DNA of 64,000 nucleotides from Bacteroidota bacterium (GTDB lineage Bacteria; Bacteroidota; Ignavibacteria; UBA10030; UBA8401): NCBI GenBank assembly GCA_035506275.1, contig DATJPT010000014.1, positions 23,736 to 87,735 of the forward strand, read 5' to 3'. Shown piece by piece: positions 59,434 to 64,000 of this stretch (position 1 is its first letter; each line of letters starts with the position of its first letter). The notes under the pieces were generated by a model. It saw only the letters and a program-made list of their open reading frames with translations, ran no database searches and was not told where the DNA came from. The position numbers and the translations under genes were made by a program.

Positions 59434-61206
59434 TTATTTCCAATAGTCATTCCAGCGGTCGTCGACAAGCTTAACGATCTTCTCATCCATCGCGAGCGGT
59501 TCCGGATAGCCGTCCTTCCACGTGGCATCGATTCCTAACGTTCCTTTATAGATGGGGGATATCCCGACAAGCTTCTGCTGGGCAAAAACAACGTCCCGCT
59601 CGCAGTCAAACCGAGTGAAGATACCCCAAATATAACTTTCTTCGGCATGAATATCCACATCGTCGCTGACTGCGGCGATAATTTTGATTCCTTCGAGCAT
59701 CGCGGATTTCTGCAGTTTTTTTATAACAGAGGCGCCGTCGCCTTTAACCTTCACGAGCAAGAGCGTTTCCGCAATGACGTTGGTCTCGAGAATGCGCCGG
59801 TCGTGCGCCGGCAAGTGGTGGATGAACGCTTCGGTCTTCTTCGAGAGATGCCATTTTGGATTCGGCCTCTTCTTTCTGGTTGCATCCAGAATCATCTTGC
59901 TGCCGAGGTTCATTGTGTACGACGTGAAATCAAGCGTGTCGAGCGGAACCTTTGGCAAGAGAATGAAGTCGTAATGGGGGTCGAATTCATCGCGAATCGC
60001 GCGGAGCACTTCTTTGAAATTCTTCGGGTCGACATCTTCCGATACCGCGATCAGGCATTTGGTCAGCGAGAGCTGCTGTGTTCCCATTAACCCCAATGCG
60101 GTCTTCATAGCCTCTTTATGATAGCGCTCTTCGATAGAGACGACAAGAAGGTTGTGGAACCCTGCCTCATAGTACGCCCACATGCTGTTGACTTCGGAAT
60201 GAAGGAGCTTTGCCAGCGGGCTGAGAATTTTTTGCGTAGCATCGCCAAGGAATTTGTCTTCCATCGGGGGAATGCCGACAACTGCTGCAGGATAGATCGG
60301 GTTCTTTCTGTGCGTGACCGCGGTGATATGAAAAACCGGAAATTCCGCCGCCGCGGAATAATGCCCGAAGTGGTCGCCGAACGGCCCTTCGCTTCTTCGC
60401 TCCTTCGGCGGAACGAAGCCTTCGAGGATGAACTCTGCATTCGCCGGGACGCTGATCGTCACCGACCGGCCGCCGACGAGCTGCGTACTTCGTTTCCGCA
60501 GAAATCCGGCGAACATCGCTTCATCGATGCCTTCCGGCAGCGGAGCGATCGTCGCCAGCAGCAATGCAGGGTCGGTACCGAGCGCGACAGCAAGCTCGAG
60601 CGGCTTATTGGATCTATCCGCGTGATAATAATGGAAGCCGCCTCCTTTCTGAATTTGCCAGTGCATTCCCGTCGTATGATGATCGAACACCTGCATTCGG
60701 TACATGCCGATGTTCCTTTTACCGCTCCGGGGATCGTACGAGACGACCTGGGGGAGAGTAATGAACCGTCCGCCGTCGTGCGGCCAGCATTGAATGATCG
60801 GGAGACCGGCGAGATCGGGTTTCTCGACTACTTCCTGCGATGGGGCGATCATGATATCGCTGGTTCGCGCCGACAAAAATCGGCGGGTGACTTTGTGATG
60901 TTTGATCAGCGATGATGGCGAAGGGGGGATGGCCTCTTCAAAAAATGAGATGAGCTGTCGGCCGAGAATCTCCGGCTCTTCGCCGAGAGCGAGCCTGATC
61001 CGCTGCTCGCTTGCCAACGTGTTGATGACGAGCGGATATTTTGCTCCCTTAACATTCTCGAACAAAAGCGCCGGTTTCTTTTCCCGCAAAGCGCGTGCGG
61101 CGATCTCGGAGATCTCGAGGACGGGATCGACTTCGACGGAGACACGGTGAAGTTCTCCGTTCCTCTCAAGATAGTTGACAAATTCGCGAAGGGCAGTAAA
61201 ACGCAT
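59434..61206 (-). CDS. UbiD-family decarboxylase (menaquinone biosynthesis)
   Basis: 590 aa, UbiD-like length and composition; directly downstream of its UbiX-type prenyl-FMN partner. Confidence 0.65.
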   Translation of the reverse strand: MRFTALREFVNYLERNGELHRVSVEVDPVLEISEIAARALREKKPALLFENVKGAKYPLVINTLASEQRIRLALGEEPEILGRQLISFFEEAIPPSPSSLIKHHKVTRRFLSARTSDIMIAPSQEVVEKPDLAGLPIIQCWPHDGGRFITLPQVVSYDPRSGKRNIGMYRMQVFDHHTTGMHWQIQKGGGFHYYHADRSNKPLELAVALGTDPALLLATIAPLPEGIDEAMFAGFLRKRSTQLVGGRSVTISVPANAEFILEGFVPPKERRSEGPFGDHFGHYSAAAEFPVFHITAVTHRKNPIYPAAVVGIPPMEDKFLGDATQKILSPLAKLLHSEVNSMWAYYEAGFHNLLVVSIEERYHKEAMKTALGLMGTQQLSLTKCLIAVSEDVDPKNFKEVLRAIRDEFDPHYDFILLPKVPLDTLDFTSYTMNLGSKMILDATRKKRPNPKWHLSKKTEAFIHHLPAHDRRILETNVIAETLLLVKVKGDGASVIKKLQKSAMLEGIKIIAAVSDDVDIHAEESYIWGIFTRFDCERDVVFAQQKLVGISPIYKGTLGIDATWKDGYPEPLAMDEKIVKLVDDRWNDYWK

Positions 61207-61210
61207 CTTC

Positions 61211-61762
61211 TTATTCCAGTTCTTCGTTTCGCCATCCCTTTGAGTTTCGTTCCCCCAGGACCCCCAGCAGCTTGTCGGTGAAGGCAGAAACGTATTCGTC
61301 GGCGGTTTTCGGAACGAAGTAAAGCGGAGATGAGATCGGCATGATCACGGCCCCGTACTGCGAAAGCCGCGCACATTGTTCCAGCGAAACGGTCGAAAGA
61401 GGCGTCTCCCGGATGCAGAGAATGAGCTTGAATCGTTCTTTCATCGCGACCTGCGCCGCGCGCGTGATCAAGGTGTCGCCGATCCCCGATGCAATTTTCC
61501 CGAGGGTTGATGTCGAACAGGGGAGAATGATGCAGGCATCGATATGGTTCGATCCCGAGGCGATCGGAGCGGTCAGGTCGTCGTTGGAGAACTGCCGTTT
61601 GATGTAGGGCTGGAGATCCTTCTCGGTCATATCGAGCTCGTCTTTCATCAGCGCCTTTCCCCATTTGCTGACGACAAGATATTTTTCCGCTCTGGATTGC
61701 TTGAGGAAATCCAGGGCATAGACGGCCCCGGAGGAGCCGGTGATTCCGAGGACGACTTTCAT
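61211..61762 (-). CDS. ubiX: flavin prenyltransferase UbiX
   Basis: N-terminal VLGITGSSGAVYAL flavoprotein motif; 183 aa. Confidence 0.75.
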   Translation of the reverse strand: MKVVLGITGSSGAVYALDFLKQSRAEKYLVVSKWGKALMKDELDMTEKDLQPYIKRQFSNDDLTAPIASGSNHIDACIILPCSTSTLGKIASGIGDTLITRAAQVAMKERFKLILCIRETPLSTVSLEQCARLSQYGAVIMPISSPLYFVPKTADEYVSAFTDKLLGVLGERNSKGWRNEELE

Positions 61763-62592
61763 GGCAGGATGCTTGATAGGATGACCATCACGAAAACGTT
61801 GAACCCAAGGATGATGTTGATCTTGAAAAAAGCGAGTTCAACGTCATTGGCCTTCTTCTGTTCGAGGTAGAGCAGAAGTCCGCTGAGCAGCAGCGGCGGA
61901 ATCGCAACGAATCCTTTGAGCGAGTGGAAGAACAAGACCACGAGAGCAATAAACGCGAGGACATGAAGTCCGGCGGAGATTTGAAGCGCACGTTCTTTTC
62001 CGAACCGGGAAGGGAACGAATAGAGATTTGCCCTCCGGTCGAACGATTCGTCGAGCGTCGAATAGATGATGTCAAAGCCGGTTCCCCAAAAGAGGACGAA
62101 CACAGGGAGAATGAGCCCCGTTCCGATATTGTCGAGCGTTCCGCTTACGGCAAACCATCCGCCCAGCGGGGCCATCGACATTCCGAGGCCGACGCCGAAA
62201 TGCGCCAGGGGGGTGAAACGCTTTAGGTACGGATAAATAATGAAGATCACGAGCGGGATCGGCGACAGGCGGAAACAAAAGTCCGAAATCAATTTGGCCG
62301 CGGTGAGATAGAGAATTAGCGCAACAGAGAGAACGATGAACACCTGCCAGAGCTTCAGTTTGCCGCTCGGCAATTCGCGGTTTGAAGTTCGGGGATTCTG
62401 CTTATCGATTTCCCGGTCGATCAGGCGGTTCAACGTCATTGCAACCGTCCGTGCAGAGACTGAAGCAAGCAGCACGAGAAGGAGCAGTTCGTTCGACGGT
62501 TTTTCTTTTGATGCCAGGAACACGCCGCTGTAGATCATCGGCAGCGTAAACAGCGTATGCTCTATTTTGATGAAATTGAGGAGTCTTTTCAA
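61759..62592 (-). CDS. UbiA-family prenyltransferase (menaquinone-specific, MqnP-like)
   Basis: polytopic membrane protein with Asp-rich motif NRLIDREID; 4-nt overlap with ubiX. Confidence 0.7.
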   Translation of the reverse strand: MKRLLNFIKIEHTLFTLPMIYSGVFLASKEKPSNELLLLVLLASVSARTVAMTLNRLIDREIDKQNPRTSNRELPSGKLKLWQVFIVLSVALILYLTAAKLISDFCFRLSPIPLVIFIIYPYLKRFTPLAHFGVGLGMSMAPLGGWFAVSGTLDNIGTGLILPVFVLFWGTGFDIIYSTLDESFDRRANLYSFPSRFGKERALQISAGLHVLAFIALVVLFFHSLKGFVAIPPLLLSGLLLYLEQKKANDVELAFFKINIILGFNVFVMVILSSILP

Positions 62593-62775
62593 ACCTGTGA
62601 GGGGAAGAAATTAGAGATTTCACCGGCCGTTTATGGAGACAACACCGGCAGGGCTCTTATAAGTTACCCAAAAAAAGGGAGCGAGTCAAGAATGGCATGT
62701 TTTCCACAGTTGTTTGGAAGTCCGACCCTCTTTTTGTATATTGACCGAGCAACTTGCCAACAATTTTTTTGAAGA

Positions 62776-63795
62776 ATGCACACTGTTACCCTTATTCCCG
62801 GCGACGGGATCGGTCCGAGCATTGCTGAAGCAGCGCAGCGTGTGATCGAAGCTACCGGCGTCAAGATTGATTGGGAATTGGCACACGCCGGCATCGCTGC
62901 CATCGAGACATATAAAGATCCGATCCCCGAAGCTACCATCCAATCGATCCAAAAAAACAAAGTCGCGCTGAAAGGCCCGCTGACGACGCTGAGCGGCAAG
63001 GGGTTTCGCAGCGTGAACGTCGCATTGAGAAAAGAATTCGACCTATACGTGAACTTGCGTCCGGCGAAATCGTTCGAGGGCGTCGCCTCGCGGTACACCA
63101 ACGTCGACCTGGTGATGTTCAGAGAGAACATCGAAGAGTTCTATTCCGGCATCGAACATTATGTCGATGCCCAAAAAAGCGCCGCGGAGACGATCGGCAT
63201 TGTGACGCGCTTTGGCTCCGAGCGGATCGTCCGTGCAGCGTTCGACTATGCCCGGAAGTATGGAAGGAAAAAGGTGACGATCGTCCATAAGGCGAACATC
63301 ATGAAGTTTTCCGGAGGATTGTTTCTTGAAGTTGCGCGGGAAGTTGCCCAGAAGTATCCAGACATCGCAACTGAAGACCGCATCGTTGACAACATGGCGA
63401 TGCAGCTTGTGCTTAATCCGAATCAATTTGATGTGATCGTCACGACGAATTTATTCGGAGATATCTTGTCCGACCTCTGCTCGGGGTTGGTCGGTGGATT
63501 GGGCTTGGCGCCAGGGGCGAACATCGGGGCGAATGCGGCGATCTTTGAGGCGGTGCACGGCAGCGCCCCCGACATCGCCGGAAAAAATCTCGCCAATCCG
63601 TGCGCCATTATTCTTGCGGGCGCCATGATGCTCGATTACCTCGGTGAACACGATGGCGCCGACAGGATCCGCCGCGCCGTGGGAAAAGTGCTGAAGGAGG
63701 GGAAATACGTAACGAAAGATCTCGATCCGCATTCGACCACAGGGACCACGGGAATGACGGATGCCGTCATCAACTCGATCCGTTCAACCTCATAA
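62776..63795 (+). CDS. isocitrate/isopropylmalate dehydrogenase family, NAD-dependent IDH-like
   Basis: NLFGDILSDL motif; 339 aa. Confidence 0.75.
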   Translation: MHTVTLIPGDGIGPSIAEAAQRVIEATGVKIDWELAHAGIAAIETYKDPIPEATIQSIQKNKVALKGPLTTLSGKGFRSVNVALRKEFDLYVNLRPAKSFEGVASRYTNVDLVMFRENIEEFYSGIEHYVDAQKSAAETIGIVTRFGSERIVRAAFDYARKYGRKKVTIVHKANIMKFSGGLFLEVAREVAQKYPDIATEDRIVDNMAMQLVLNPNQFDVIVTTNLFGDILSDLCSGLVGGLGLAPGANIGANAAIFEAVHGSAPDIAGKNLANPCAIILAGAMMLDYLGEHDGADRIRRAVGKVLKEGKYVTKDLDPHSTTGTTGMTDAVINSIRSTS

Positions 63796-63805
63796 GAGAA
63801 TCCAT

Positions 63806-64000
63806 ATGAACCTCATGCATCGCCTTTTTGCCGTTTTCGTTGTCTCAACAATGTTCCTCATTTCCTTCGCGCCGGCGCAAGTGGGTAAAGTGGGAAAGGG
63901 AAACAGCGTGACGTGGTACGGCCATGCCGCTTTCAAGATCACGACGGTCAAAGGAAAGATCATTCTGATCGATCCTTGGCTTGACAATCCCAAAGCGCCG
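63806..64000 (+). CDS. metallo-beta-lactamase-fold hydrolase, 5' part (runs off window)
   Basis: signal-like N-terminus then TWYGHAAFKI...ILIDPWL. Confidence 0.45.
   Translation, partial: MNLMHRLFAVFVVSTMFLISFAPAQVGKVGKGNSVTWYGHAAFKITTVKGKIILIDPWLDNPKAP

Overview
Accessory-rich chromosomal window with a conserved housekeeping segment on the right. The organism uses Shine-Dalgarno sites, exports proteins through a type IX secretion system (T9SS) and makes menaquinone by the futalosine route, which fits an Ignavibacteria/Chlorobi-like member of the FCB group; I cannot assign it further. Left to right: (1) a Type II restriction-modification pair (5'-partial PD-(D/E)xK nuclease plus gamma-class N6-adenine methyltransferase). 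(2) An integron-like gene-cassette array on the minus strand (about 2.3-10.0 kb). It carries about 10 small unrelated ORFs separated by long (150-186 bp) attC-like elements whose conserved ends are nearly identical and are bounded by inverted core sites GCCTAAC...GTTAGGC. No integrase is visible, so it resembles a CALIN (cluster of attC sites lacking an integron-integrase) or a sedentary chromosomal array. (3) A T9SS BNR-repeat protein whose T9SS C-terminal domain is cut by one in-frame TAA. (4) A four-gene module: XRE HTH, replication-type HTH, and a tandem pair of RuvC-like resolvases, one catalytically degenerate. (5) A three-gene candidate defence or mobile module built around a 1010-aa FtsK/HerA-family ATPase fused to a C-terminal Hjc-like nuclease-fold domain. 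(6) T9SS cargo proteins (BNR protein, S53 peptidase), a metallophosphoesterase and an AraC regulator. (7) A block of hypothetical secreted, membrane and toxin-like genes (SMaseD-like phosphodiesterase, candidate ADP-ribosyltransferase). It is bounded by repeated copies of a tandem-HTH regulator gene that each abut a fragment of comM/yifB, which suggests serial island insertion at comM. (8) An IS200-like REP-associated tyrosine transposase (RAYT) with at least seven REP hairpins scattered around an esterase and a GH5 glycosidase. (9) Conserved core: katG, a sigma-54 two-component pair, the futalosine menaquinone cluster (including an MqnE-MqnA fusion) and isocitrate dehydrogenase. No tRNA, rRNA or CRISPR was recognised.
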